From a virus (lineage: Duplodnaviria; Caudoviricetes), in the IMG/VR virus record IMGVR_UViG_3300011871_000002, positions 32,001-96,000 of that record: a stretch of 64,000 nucleotides of DNA, one strand, 5' to 3'. This document shows, piece by piece, positions 9,861-20,578 of this stretch (within the stretch, counting starts at the first letter, position 1; each line of letters starts with the position of its first letter). A model generated the notes under the pieces. It was not told the DNA's origin and searched no databases. It worked only from the letters and a program-made list of their open reading frames with translations. The position numbers and the translations under genes were made by a program.

Positions 9861-11480
9861 ATGACAGAACGTTCCAAAATCCCTTTTAATATCGCCATCT
9901 TGGAGACCACGCCCGCTAAGTTGCAGGCTCTGCGCCCCACGACTGCCTTGGATATTTTCGATGGCAGTGGTAATTTCGCGGAAGATGGTTTCTTCTCTGT
10001 GCTCACCTTTGGTAAAGTGGGCGATCCGCGCCGGATGATGCGGTTTTCCTTTATCGACATCAAAGTCGACATCTTCCACCCGGCGGTGTACCGCGCGTTC
10101 GTCGCGCTCAAACGCATGTATGCGGGGATTCTCGCCGGCACCGAATACGTGTTGTGGAATGATGAACTGGGTGACTTCGAGCGCTCGGACGCTACCTCCG
10201 GCAAAACCGGCTTTGCGTACTTTGTCAAACACTGGAAGAACATCAAGTTTGCTGAAACCAAGTCGGTCACCCGGATGCAAAACATCCTGCTCTTGCAGAA
10301 CTACCGGGACCGCGCGACTACCAACAAAATCATCGTGATGCCGGCGGGCTTGCGGGACATCGAAGTCGGCGACGATGGCCGCACCCGTGAAGACGAGATC
10401 AATGGCCTGTATCGCAAGCTGCTGTCGGTAAGTAACACCATCGCTGAGTCGTCGATTGCCCACAACCCCGAGGTGATCGACACGGCCCGCTACACGCTCC
10501 AGATGACGTTTATCGAAATCTACGAGACGGTCGAACGCATGATCGAGGGCAAGAAGAAGCTACTGCTCGGTAAGTTCGCTACCCGTGCAGTATTTAACGG
10601 CACTCGTAACGTGATTACTGCGATGGACACTGGGGTGCCGTATCTGGGGGCGCCAGGTAGTGTGGACTTCAATACCACCATCGTGGGTCTCTACCAAGCC
10701 AGTAAGGCATTGCTGCCGGTGACGCAATACCTGATGCGTAACGGCTTCTTGTCGAAAGTGTTCCACACTGTCCACAGCCCAGCTACCTTGGTCAACAAGA
10801 AGACGCTCGCCAAAGAGCAAGTGCTACTCAAGCCTGAATACTTCACCCAGTGGATGACGGACGAAGGGATCGAAAAGATCTTAACGCGTTTCTCGGAAGA
10901 GACGCTGCGGGATGAACCCATCGAAATTGATGGCCGCTGGCTGGGCTTGATGTACAAAGGTCCGGACGGCACCTTCCGTTTCATGCAAGACATCAATGAA
11001 CTACCAGAAGGGCGCGCTAAAGAACACGTTACCCCGATTACGTTCTGCGAACTGATCTACTTGGCCGGTTACAACGAGTGGCGTAAATACGCCATGTACG
11101 TGACCCGTTATCCGGTAACAGGGCCAGGTAGTATTTACCCGAGCTGGATGCATGTGCGCACCACCATCAAGTCAGAAGTGCGCCGCGAGCTGGATGAAAA
11201 CTGGCAACCGATGGATGACCAGCACGTCGCGTACGAGTTCCCCACCCGTGGGCCGTATGTCAACAGCATGATGCCGCACTCGTCGCGCCTGGATCGCTTG
11301 ACAGCGGACTTTGACGGCGACATGACCTCCGGTAACGGCATCTACACGCTGGAAGCCTTGCAGGAAATCAAAGACTACTTCGACAGCCGTCGCGCTTACG
11401 TCGACACCAATGGCGAGTTCCTCTACAGTACGGGGGTCTCGACGGTGAACCTCGTACTTCACAACATGACAGGCGACTAA
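9861..11480 (+). CDS. Virion RNA polymerase beta' subunit, catalytic part (phiKZ gp180-like)
   Basis: ADFDGD catalytic motif, TRYP motif, RAVFNGTRNVIT; adjacent to the beta subunit gene. Confidence 0.92.
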   Translation: MTERSKIPFNIAILETTPAKLQALRPTTALDIFDGSGNFAEDGFFSVLTFGKVGDPRRMMRFSFIDIKVDIFHPAVYRAFVALKRMYAGILAGTEYVLWNDELGDFERSDATSGKTGFAYFVKHWKNIKFAETKSVTRMQNILLLQNYRDRATTNKIIVMPAGLRDIEVGDDGRTREDEINGLYRKLLSVSNTIAESSIAHNPEVIDTARYTLQMTFIEIYETVERMIEGKKKLLLGKFATRAVFNGTRNVITAMDTGVPYLGAPGSVDFNTTIVGLYQASKALLPVTQYLMRNGFLSKVFHTVHSPATLVNKKTLAKEQVLLKPEYFTQWMTDEGIEKILTRFSEETLRDEPIEIDGRWLGLMYKGPDGTFRFMQDINELPEGRAKEHVTPITFCELIYLAGYNEWRKYAMYVTRYPVTGPGSIYPSWMHVRTTIKSEVRRELDENWQPMDDQHVAYEFPTRGPYVNSMMPHSSRLDRLTADFDGDMTSGNGIYTLEALQEIKDYFDSRRAYVDTNGEFLYSTGVSTVNLVLHNMTGD

Positions 11481-11482
11481 CA

Positions 11483-14400
11483 ATGACGCTATCCCTTTAC
11501 GAACCGTATTTCCGGATTGTGGGTGTCCGGACCACATCACACCTGACCAAGCCGCCACTCATTAATGTGGCCAAGCTGCAACTACCGCGTGGTTCGGTGC
11601 TACACTACATGGGCACCAGTCAACTGGATGTGGCGCCGAAACCGGATGACCCAATCTTCAACGGCTACAAGAACCCGATCCTCATGGATCATGTCTTTAC
11701 GCTGGAAGACCCGGAAGGCCGCCCGATCCAAGTCAGCCCTACCCCGGCCGCTGAGATCAAGGACTACCACGCCAATGGCCGCAACCGGCGTTTCCGTCGA
11801 CTGTACGACCTCAAGTCGGCGATGCGGGAAGACACGTCGCTCATCGTCTACAACTACGGCTACCTGAACAAAGCGTACCGGTACCCGCGCTCGATGTACA
11901 CGGAATACTACCGCTGGAAGAACGATCAAAAGGCGATGTGGAAAAACATCGTCAATACGATCGCTGCTACCGAGCGTCAGCAATTCATCCGCTGCTATTT
12001 GCCCAAGTTGCTGCCCAGTGTGACAGAAATGAAATTGGGTGAAAAGCCTGTTTCGCAAGCCATGCTGGCCCTGTTCGACAATCCTGAAAGCCTGATGCTC
12101 TTGGAATTGTGGAAGTGGTTTGGCAAAGAGCGTCACGAATCGCTCCTCTCGGTACTGAACGAGCAACAGGCCAAGATGGTCAACCTGGTGTTTGTGGAGT
12201 CGGGTCGCTGGTTCGTAGTGAACTTGGGCCTGCTCAACTCCTGGCGCAAGTCGACCGAGGAAGAACTCAAGGCCAAGAGCGGCACCAACACCAAGGGCTT
12301 GAATCCGTCGGATGTGCAGATTCGCTTCCTGCGCCTCATGATGGCCTTGTTTGAAGTGCGTACGGTGGCGGGTCCAGAAACGGCTGACCGCGATGCGGCG
12401 CAAGCTGCGGTCGATGCTGGCAAACCTAAAACGGTGGTACAAAAGACGCCGGCGGTACCCGTGTTTAACCGGGAAACCGGCAAAGTCGAACTCAAGGGCG
12501 AAGAAGACACCTTGTCCTTGGTCGGTACGGGTGACCAAGCCCCGCCAACGGAAACCGGTGCGGATCTGAAACACGATCCGAAAGCCACCGAGGAAATGGA
12601 AGAAGCACTCAACAAGCTTGAATTCTTGGCCAAGCAGCGCTTGGCGGCAATGCAGGAAATTCCAGACGAAGAGGAAGGCGTGTCGGTGGCTGCCAAGACA
12701 CCGGCCGAGCGCATGATGGATGTGCTCGACGCGAAAGCCGCGCAAGGCGTCATCTCGGGTGCGGAGTACAAACGCTACAGTGAACAAGCCCAGGCGTACA
12801 AAAAACTGCTGGCACCGGATGGCTCCACGACCTTGGAGAACTTTGCCAAGATCGATCCAGCGTCGGTAAAAATCAGTGAATCCCCTTCGATCCCAGATAT
12901 CCCAACGGTGCTGGACAAAACCATGCTCAAGTCGAGCCTGCTGGAATTCGACCCGCGCTATGTCAAGGAAATCTTCCAAAAAGACGTGGCCAACATGGTA
13001 CTGGCAGTGCAAGCAGCAGGGATCGCAGTGACAGGTTACGAAGTGGAAGAAATCGAAGACATCGTGGGTGCCTACCGCAGCTACACGGTGCGTCTCTCGC
13101 CGATTGACGGCGCCGCTTCGACACTGCGCTTCAAACTGCCGATCGTGGATGAGGAGGGCACGTATCGTGCCAACGGCATTAACTACAAATTGCGTAAGCA
13201 AGATGTGGACATGCCGATCCGTAAAGTGGCCCCTGCCAAGGTGGCCTTGACGAGTTACTACGGCAAGACGTTCGTCACTCGTAGCGATAAACGCGTCAAC
13301 GACTATACTGTCTGGTTGCGTAATGCCATCATGGCCAAAGGACTAGACGAGGGTGACAACACGGTGGTGGAAGTGTACCCAGCTGACGTATTTGACAACC
13401 ACCTCGTGGCACCGCGTCTGTACACCGCCATGGCCATGACGTTCCGCGGCTTCACGGTGGCGGGTTTTGCCATGAACTTTGACCACACCAAGCGCGAAGA
13501 ACTCTACACCAAAGAAGTTTTAGCTCTGTATGAAAAAGACGGTGCCATCGTGGTCGGGTCGAACACCCAAAACGAATTCATGGTGATGGACAAAAATGGC
13601 GTGCTCTACAAAGGCATAGCCGGGACCCTCACTGACATGGGGAGCCTAGAATCGCTCGTCCATCTCGATAGCAGCAATGCGCCAGTGGACTTTGCCGAAC
13701 TGAAGGTGAAGAACCGCACCGTGCCGCTTGGCGTGGTGCTCGGCTACGAAATGGGCCTGGGTAAACTCATGCGCCTGTTGCGAGTCGAGCCTCGCCGGGT
13801 ACCTGCTGGTGGTCGCAAACACATGCAGCCGAATGAGTACGCACTGGAATTTAGTGACGAGACCTTGATCTTCAACCGCGAAGACCAAAAAGCGGCGCTC
13901 GTACTGGCGGGGTTCCGCGAGTTTCATCGTGCGATTCGTAATTACAGCGTCTACGAGTTCGACCGGCCAGCGGTGTATCTGAACATCTTGGACGCACGCG
14001 GCGGTGCAACTTACATTCTGCGGGAAATCGATCTGATGTACCAAATGTTCATCGATCCGATCACCAAGGAATTGCTGGAAGAGATGAAAGAACCCACGGA
14101 CTTCCGTGGCCTGTTACTGCGTAGTGCCGAACTGCTGTTGGTGGATTACCACCCGGACGAAATCGACGATGCGTTCAAACGTAAGCGTGGTTACGAAAGG
14201 ATGGCAGGCGCGGTCTACGCCAACTTGGTCGATTCGATTCGTGCCCACAATTCCCGTGGTGCCAAATCGAAACTACCCATCGAACTGCACCCGTATGCAG
14301 TGTGGAAAACGATTGCGGAAGACCCGTCGGTCTCCTTGGTATCGGAAATCAATCCGATTCAAAACCTGAAGGAGATCGAAGCCGTTACCCATGGCGGCAC

Positions 14401-14641
14401 CGGTGGCCGGAGTAGCCGCAGCATGACCAAGGGCACGCGAGCATTTCACCGCAATGCCATGGGTACGATTTCAGAATCGACCGTCGATAGCTCGGACGTG
14501 GGTATCAACACCTACACGAGTGCTGACCCGCAGTTCACCTCGCTGCGCGGCACATCCAGGCGCTATGAAGTTGGCACCACCGGCGCAACAGCACTACTGT
14601 CGACCTCGGCACTGGTGTCAGTTGGCTCGGATGTGGATGAT
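11483..14641 (+). CDS. Virion RNA polymerase beta subunit (phiKZ gp178-like), exon 1
   Basis: 1053 codons with GGTGGRS and GTISESTVDSSDVG beta-type motifs; ends ...SDVDD at the intron 5' splice site. Confidence 0.9.
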
Positions 14642-16053
14642 TAAGCAGTATTTTGAATACGACTGAAGTTTACACGCCTATCCTGTGAGAAATCGCTAGG
14701 AGGCAAACATGTTAAAAGATGAACCAAAGGAAGTCGACGGATTTCCTGGGTTTTATGAAATACCTGGATTTGGAAATTACGCTATCTCTCGCCAAGGAGT
14801 GGTAATCAATTTGCGTGCTGACAGAAAATTAGTCGGCAGTACAAATACCAACGGTTACCATCACTACCGTATCAGAAAAGACGGTGGTGATTTCTTTACA
14901 ATTGGCCGGCATCGATTACTTGGTTTCGTTTTCAAAGGAGCCAAAAAAACTGTACTCGACAGGGTAATCAATCACCTCAACGGAATTAAAGGTGATGATG
15001 ATCTTGATAACTTGGAATGGACTACATACCAAGGAAATGCCGAACACGCTGGTAAACTGGGACTGACACAGTCTTGTTTACCCATCGTAGTGAGAGATGT
15101 AGAGTCTGGTAAAGAAACAGAATACCCAAGTATGGTGGAGTGTGCACGTCACTTTGGCGTGACAGAAGATTTTATCCATTATCGCGTGCGTAGCGGGGGT
15201 AGTCGAGTTTTCCCAGAAAAGAAACAGTATCGGTTAGCAAAGATAGAAGGTCCATGGTTTGTGCCAGAAAACGTCGAAATGGCGCTACTTAAAAATGGAA
15301 CTTCTAAAAAAGCAAGGGTGAAATATGTTCTTACGGGCGAAGTGTTTGAGTTTGACCAGCTAACAAAGTTAGCGGAGTTTCTTAAGATACCACCCCCTAC
15401 CCTGACACTGTGGTTAAAAGCCACGGGTCAACCGGTATTACCAGGTTACATTCAACTCAAAAAAGCAGAGGACACCACTCCGTGGCGTATTGTCGAGGAC
15501 CCTTATCGGGAACTTGATCGGTACACAGGTAAAAGATCGGTTGTGATCACGCACGCAAAAAGCAGAACACAAACGATCTTCTCTTCCAGTATCGAGTGCG
15601 CAAAACTCATGGGTTTAAGTGCCACTACTCTTCATTACCGTCTACAGTCAAAAGGAATGGTAGCATTCTCTGACGGTTACATGTACAGTTATTATTCGGA
15701 TAAAGTCTAAACAAAATATTGCATGGTCCTGTTAGGTAGCGATGCTTAACAGAATTTCCTTTAATTGACGGGGACCCCTTTAGAGCCTTGTACACCAACT
15801 TACTACAGCAATGCGGTAAGGGCCAGACTAACTACCTGGGTACGGTAACAGAGACAAGGATTAGGAAATCCGCAGCGAAGCCCCCACTGGGGAGAACGTT
15901 CAACGACTATGGCCTTATCAGCCAGTACCACCAGGCGGTGGGAAACAGGGAACCTCCCATGTGGAGGAAGATATAGTCTCGACATCCGGGGAAAGCCCGG
16001 AGCTGCGCGTAATGGCGCGGGCAGAGGTGTAGCGCCCTCTGCTGAAGATATCG
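14642..16053 (+). mobile_element. Group I self-splicing intron with HNH homing endonuclease
   Basis: Exon 1 ends in U and intron ends in G; core elements AATTGACGGG (15763), AATCCGCAGC (15867), GTTCAACGACTA (15898), AAGATATAGTC (15968); P7 GACTA/TAGTC; splicing restores ...DVDD-PRRVNFIG in frame. Confidence 0.92.
14709..15710 (+). CDS. Intron-encoded HNH homing endonuclease (NUMOD4-HNH with C-terminal HTH repeats)
   Basis: IPGFGNYAISRQG, HRLL, INHLNGIKGDDDLDNLEW; repeated S-x-x-ECA-x-x HTH modules; GGAGG RBS; lower GC than flanks. Confidence 0.9.
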   Translation: MLKDEPKEVDGFPGFYEIPGFGNYAISRQGVVINLRADRKLVGSTNTNGYHHYRIRKDGGDFFTIGRHRLLGFVFKGAKKTVLDRVINHLNGIKGDDDLDNLEWTTYQGNAEHAGKLGLTQSCLPIVVRDVESGKETEYPSMVECARHFGVTEDFIHYRVRSGGSRVFPEKKQYRLAKIEGPWFVPENVEMALLKNGTSKKARVKYVLTGEVFEFDQLTKLAEFLKIPPPTLTLWLKATGQPVLPGYIQLKKAEDTTPWRIVEDPYRELDRYTGKRSVVITHAKSRTQTIFSSSIECAKLMGLSATTLHYRLQSKGMVAFSDGYMYSYYSDKV

Positions 16054-17172
16054 CCAAGAAGGGTGAACTTCATCGGTATTCAAAACGGGCACACGGTGGC
16101 TTGTAGCGGATACCGTCAAATGCCAGTGCGTACTGGTTACGAGCAAGTCATCGCGCACCGCACGGGTTCGCTCTTTGCCAGCACGGCCAAGAAAGATGGT
16201 CGGGTGGTGTCGGTATCCGAAGACGGTATCGTGGTGGAATACAGCGATGGCGAGACCAAAGGTTTCCCGCTCGGCCGCAAGTACGGTTCGGCAGCGGGCC
16301 TGACGATTCCACACACCCTCATTTCAGAAATGAAAGAGGGTCAGAAGTTCAAGGCCGGGGAAGTGATTTCCTATAACCCCGGTTTCTTTGAGCGCGATAT
16401 CCTCAATCCCACCAACGTGGTATGGAAGCAAGGCGCCCTGGTAAAGGTAGCCCTGATGGAACGCGCCGACACGCTGGAAGACTCTTCCGCCATCTCTCCA
16501 CGGGTGGGTGAGTTGCTGCGTACCAAGGTTACCAAGATTCGCATGGTCAAAATGAACTTTGACCAAAAGATCACCCTCAAGGTAAAAACCGGTCAAGCGG
16601 TGAAAAGCGAAGATATTTTATGTGTAATTGAAGACGCCGTCACTGCAAATCAAAACTTGTTTGACGAAACGTCGCTCGATACCTTGCGTGTGCTGAGTGC
16701 GCAAACACCCACCGCGAAAGCCAAGGGTGTGCTGGAACACATCGAGATGCGCTACCACGGTGACAAAGAAGACATGTCCGAATCACTGCGCCAGTTGGCC
16801 AACACCTGTGATAAGGAATTGGTCAGGCAGCAAAAGGCCGCCGGGAAGAAACCCTATACCGGCAAAGTCGACGACAGCTTCCGGGTCGAAGGTGACCCCT
16901 TGATGCTGGACACTCTGGTCATCACGTTCTATATCACGAGTGAGATTCCAGCAGGTGAAGGCGACAAAGGCGTGTTCGGGAATCAGCTGAAGACGGTGTT
17001 TGGTAAAGTCTTCACCGGTGAAGTCAAGAGCGAAAGCGGGGTCGAGATCGACGCCATCTTCGGTCAGAAAAGCGTGGATGACAGGATTGTGAACAGCCCT
17101 CCTGCCATGGGTACCACCAATACCCTGCTGAAGGTACTCGCCAAGCGAGTCGTGAAAGCCTATCGCAGTTAA
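16054..17172 (+). CDS. Virion RNA polymerase beta subunit, exon 2
   Basis: TLEDS and GDKGVFGNQLKTV motifs; 372 codons; spliced product 1425 aa. Confidence 0.9.
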   Translation, partial: PRRVNFIGIQNGHTVACSGYRQMPVRTGYEQVIAHRTGSLFASTAKKDGRVVSVSEDGIVVEYSDGETKGFPLGRKYGSAAGLTIPHTLISEMKEGQKFKAGEVISYNPGFFERDILNPTNVVWKQGALVKVALMERADTLEDSSAISPRVGELLRTKVTKIRMVKMNFDQKITLKVKTGQAVKSEDILCVIEDAVTANQNLFDETSLDTLRVLSAQTPTAKAKGVLEHIEMRYHGDKEDMSESLRQLANTCDKELVRQQKAAGKKPYTGKVDDSFRVEGDPLMLDTLVITFYITSEIPAGEGDKGVFGNQLKTVFGKVFTGEVKSESGVEIDAIFGQKSVDDRIVNSPPAMGTTNTLLKVLAKRVVKAYRS

Positions 17173-17179
17173 AGGACAT

Positions 17180-17216
17180 ACAGGTGAGGGCAACCCCCTC
17201 ACCTGTAGTCTTGTTT
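17180..17216 (+). terminator. Intrinsic terminator
   Basis: ACAGGTGAGGG/CCCTCACCTGT stem followed by T-rich sequence. Confidence 0.7.
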
Positions 17217-17257
17217 TATTTCGTCTCTTCCGCAGAACTTTTTTTAAGGAATTTTCC

Positions 17258-17458
17258 ATGAAGCATCCAGAAAGCGTGACGAGTACCTTGACCCTGGCCA
17301 ATGCCGGGGAATTGGTGAATAACATCGCCCGCGGTGTTCTCGGCAACGATGTCGCCGACACTTTCCAAGGCAGCGTGATCTCGCGTGGCCTCATCTACAA
17401 CCTGGTGCAAACCCACGCGCAAGAGCGCCTGAGCGCCCACCTCCAAGCGGGAGCCTAA
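17258..17458 (+). CDS. Small hypothetical protein
   Basis: 66 aa, AAGGA RBS, phage-like codon bias, 3 nt before the next gene. Confidence 0.7.
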   Translation: MKHPESVTSTLTLANAGELVNNIARGVLGNDVADTFQGSVISRGLIYNLVQTHAQERLSAHLQAGA

Positions 17459-17461
17459 GCC

Positions 17462-18895
17462 ATGCTGACACGTGATGCAATCGAAGCTACCCTGCCGCTG
17501 GTCGACATGCTCGACGCGCGCGGCCTGGTGCTGCGCCCGGTACCGGGTTCGCATCTGGAAGCCCTGAACCGCGCCACGCGCGCGTCGTCGCGCTTCGTGG
17601 TCGAACTCGGCAATGGCGAAATCATGCCCGATGTGGGTAACATCGAGTACGTCGCCAACGCCAAAAACGAGCAAGGTTTCTCGGAGCACGACATCCTTTG
17701 CGATGAACTGTCCACGCTCTGCGCGGGCCACGTGCAAAACCACATTTCGTACGCCCGCACGGTGGTGGCGCCCTCGATCATGGACATGGTCGAGAAAGTC
17801 AAGACTGCCCAGTCGATCAGCCCGAGCATTTCCTCGATCCTGGGGCTGGAAGTGGTGGTGTGGGAAACCCCGGTACCGATGACCAACGTGGCGGTGCAAG
17901 AAATGGTGCGCGAATACGAAGGCGTGAGCTTCCGCGACCCAGCATTCCTGTTCCGCATGGAAGCGAAGTCCTATCCGGAACTGGTGACCCTGATGGAAAC
18001 CGGCAGGTCGTCGATCGACTCGGATATCCGTGCCTGGGCTGCTGCCAAGGGCGAAAGCTTCTTCCTCGAAGTGTGGGCGCAAGTATTCCAGGGCGTCGTC
18101 GCTGACGGCCAAAGTGCCCGCAGCTTCTACCAGATGACAAGCAACGACGACAACGGCGCTGACACTGCGCTGGCCGTGTTCCTGATGGCAAGGCGTCTGG
18201 TCGACGAGGTACCAGAAGGCACTGGTATGGGCCTTAATGCCTATACCGACGCCATGGTCGACTTCCGCGACCAAGCTGGCCTGCGCCTGAGCGTCATGAT
18301 CAACGAACTCCAGCGCGATATCCAGGCCGGCCGCCTGGTGCGTAATGTCATCGGGACCAAGACCATCGTGACTGGTCCGGTGTACAAGAGCTGGATCGAA
18401 TCCGGCGGCAGCAACGAAATCCTGTTCGGCAACATGCTGTCGAACGCGCCGCTGTACAACCTGGCCCTGATCAACGAAAACGCCGCCTCCCTGCGTGCTT
18501 ACTGGCACCGCCACGAAACTGCGACCGTGGTGGCAGAATCGCGCCAGAAGTTCAACCGTGACATCGCGACGCTGCGCAAGGTGTTCATGGGCCAGCTGCA
18601 CGAGCTGACCGACCCGGAAGAGGCCAACCAAGCCAATCTGACGGTGGTACAGCGCCTGTTCGAAGAAGAACTGGGCCGTACCGAACCGGAAGACTTCAAG
18701 AACCTGTTCAGCCTGTGTGCGCGCCTGATCTGCCGTTCGCGCTTCTACCAGACCGACGCAGAATTCATCCTGGTCGGCGGTGAACGCATCAAGCAAGACT
18801 TCCCGAACATCGATCCGCGGGAAGCCTATGCCATGGTGACCATCGAGTACATCATTCGCTGGGTGCTGTCGCAAACCAAGGTCGGTCAGGCCTGA
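17462..18895 (+). CDS. Conserved phiKZ-like protein, probably structural (gp177-like by position)
   Basis: 477 aa, strong codon bias; lies between vRNAP beta and the protease. Confidence 0.6.
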   Translation: MLTRDAIEATLPLVDMLDARGLVLRPVPGSHLEALNRATRASSRFVVELGNGEIMPDVGNIEYVANAKNEQGFSEHDILCDELSTLCAGHVQNHISYARTVVAPSIMDMVEKVKTAQSISPSISSILGLEVVVWETPVPMTNVAVQEMVREYEGVSFRDPAFLFRMEAKSYPELVTLMETGRSSIDSDIRAWAAAKGESFFLEVWAQVFQGVVADGQSARSFYQMTSNDDNGADTALAVFLMARRLVDEVPEGTGMGLNAYTDAMVDFRDQAGLRLSVMINELQRDIQAGRLVRNVIGTKTIVTGPVYKSWIESGGSNEILFGNMLSNAPLYNLALINENAASLRAYWHRHETATVVAESRQKFNRDIATLRKVFMGQLHELTDPEEANQANLTVVQRLFEEELGRTEPEDFKNLFSLCARLICRSRFYQTDAEFILVGGERIKQDFPNIDPREAYAMVTIEYIIRWVLSQTKVGQA

Positions 18896-18897
18896 TC

Positions 18898-19623
18898 ATG
18901 GAAATCAGAAAACTCGTGCGCGATCCCGCACGGGTGAAGGCGTGTCTGCGGGAACTGCCCAACGAAAGTTTGGTGGCCACCCGCAAACTGAAGATGTACA
19001 TCCCGGCGCGCTTTGCCGAGCACAGCTTGGCGCAAATCGGGATTGAAACCTATGTAGTCGGAATCGTGATGTACGTGGTGGACGATAGCCATTACGCCAT
19101 CTCGATGATCAATGCGATGATGCGCATCACCCCTACCTCGACCTTGAAAGTGAAGGTTGGGGACGAAGAGTATTACGAGTTCTACTTTGAACCGGGTAGC
19201 ACCGTCATGCCTACCCTACACTTCGTGCGGACCGACACCTTGGTGTACAAAATCTTCAGCGAGCTGTTTTCCAAAGGTCGCGTGCCGGAGTACATCACGT
19301 ACGACGACATGTCGCGTATCTTTGAATCGGCACGTAAGCACGCCAACGCCAACGTGGGTGCGGAACACGAAGTTACGGAAATGATGGTCTCGCTCATTGC
19401 TCGCAATAGCAAGAAGCGGCAAGAATACTACCGCCAAACCATCAAGGCCGCGACTGACCTCATCACCAACCCGCCAATCTGGACGTCGCTCTATAGCGTC
19501 ACTGATGGCGCGACCAATACGCTCAATAAGCTGGCCGGGTCGTACTTCCACGAAGGCGTGGTCAGTGCACTCAATAGCCCAGCTGAACGCACTGAGCGGA
19601 TCGAAGAACTACTGAGGAGGTAG
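18898..19623 (+). CDS. Conserved phiKZ-like protein (gp176-like by position)
   Basis: 241 aa, coupled to the previous gene; synteny. Confidence 0.6.
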   Translation: MEIRKLVRDPARVKACLRELPNESLVATRKLKMYIPARFAEHSLAQIGIETYVVGIVMYVVDDSHYAISMINAMMRITPTSTLKVKVGDEEYYEFYFEPGSTVMPTLHFVRTDTLVYKIFSELFSKGRVPEYITYDDMSRIFESARKHANANVGAEHEVTEMMVSLIARNSKKRQEYYRQTIKAATDLITNPPIWTSLYSVTDGATNTLNKLAGSYFHEGVVSALNSPAERTERIEELLRR

Positions 19624-19668
19624 TAAAACACACGTATAGTATGTCAAGTAAAATTTGAGGTATTATAC

Positions 19669-20559
19669 GTGAAACATTTTTCTGATTTAGAAAAAATCTT
19701 GCAGTTCAACAGTGATCGCTACTTGGGTAGCGATCACTGTGTTAGCATTAATAACAAAGATTACTCTTTTTTCAAATGTAATTTGGATATTTATCCAAAG
19801 AAGATTAAACACTTTCTTTACGATGTAAAGAAGAGACAGTTCGGAACTTATATTTTGCGCGAAATATTGACCGGATATGTCTACGTAGGAAGTAGTGAAG
19901 AGATTTATAAACGTATATCTAAGCACAAATATCTTATCGCAAGAAGAAAGCACGACAACTCTAAGTTTACTGAATTGTTGAAAACTACTAATATTCAGAA
20001 TTTTGAGATGATCGTCTTTTTCACAAATAACCGCGATGAGGCTTATCAGCTCGAACAGTATCTCATTGATCGGTATAAAAAGAGCCAACGGTTATTGAAC
20101 ATCGCTAATGACGTTCGTTACGCCATGCTAGGACATAAGCAGACCGAGGAGCACAAACAAAAAATAAGAAAAGCACTCCTTGGAAGAGTTCATAACGACA
20201 ACTCAAAACGCCTAATGTCCGAGCACAGAAAAAATAACCCTCTAGCTCAAGCACAGCAACGTGCTGCTTCTGAGTTAGTCAAAAAGAAGATTATACTCAA
20301 TGGAACGCTGTACCAATCAATAACCGAGGCAGCAAAACAAACAAGATTAGGTGAGTCCACGCTTCGAAGAGAAATAACGAAAAAAAAGAAAAAGTCACTT
20401 GATGGGGCATATGTCTTAAATTATTCAAAGCCGGCTAGGAAACGTATCATTGTCAATGGAGTCGAGTACGTTAATGTTTCCATAGCCGCTAAAGAACTTG
20501 GAATAAAAGATGGTGATGTCAGAAACGCCATTCGAACAGGCAGGGCATTTTATGTATAA
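19669..20559 (+). CDS. Free-standing GIY-YIG homing endonuclease
   Basis: GTYIL...YVGSS, R..KH, E..LI, LNI motifs; NUMOD3-like GHKQTEEHKQKI; C-terminal HTH repeats; AT-rich. Confidence 0.88.
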   Translation: MKHFSDLEKILQFNSDRYLGSDHCVSINNKDYSFFKCNLDIYPKKIKHFLYDVKKRQFGTYILREILTGYVYVGSSEEIYKRISKHKYLIARRKHDNSKFTELLKTTNIQNFEMIVFFTNNRDEAYQLEQYLIDRYKKSQRLLNIANDVRYAMLGHKQTEEHKQKIRKALLGRVHNDNSKRLMSEHRKNNPLAQAQQRAASELVKKKIILNGTLYQSITEAAKQTRLGESTLRREITKKKKKSLDGAYVLNYSKPARKRIIVNGVEYVNVSIAAKELGIKDGDVRNAIRTGRAFYV

Positions 20560-20578
20560 TCAACTTTAAGGTACTGAC

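Noticed and set aside
16063-17172. Stand-alone gene starting at GTG 16063, or a pseudogenised RNAP beta
   Set aside because: Explained as exon 2 after a complete group I intron that restores the reading frame
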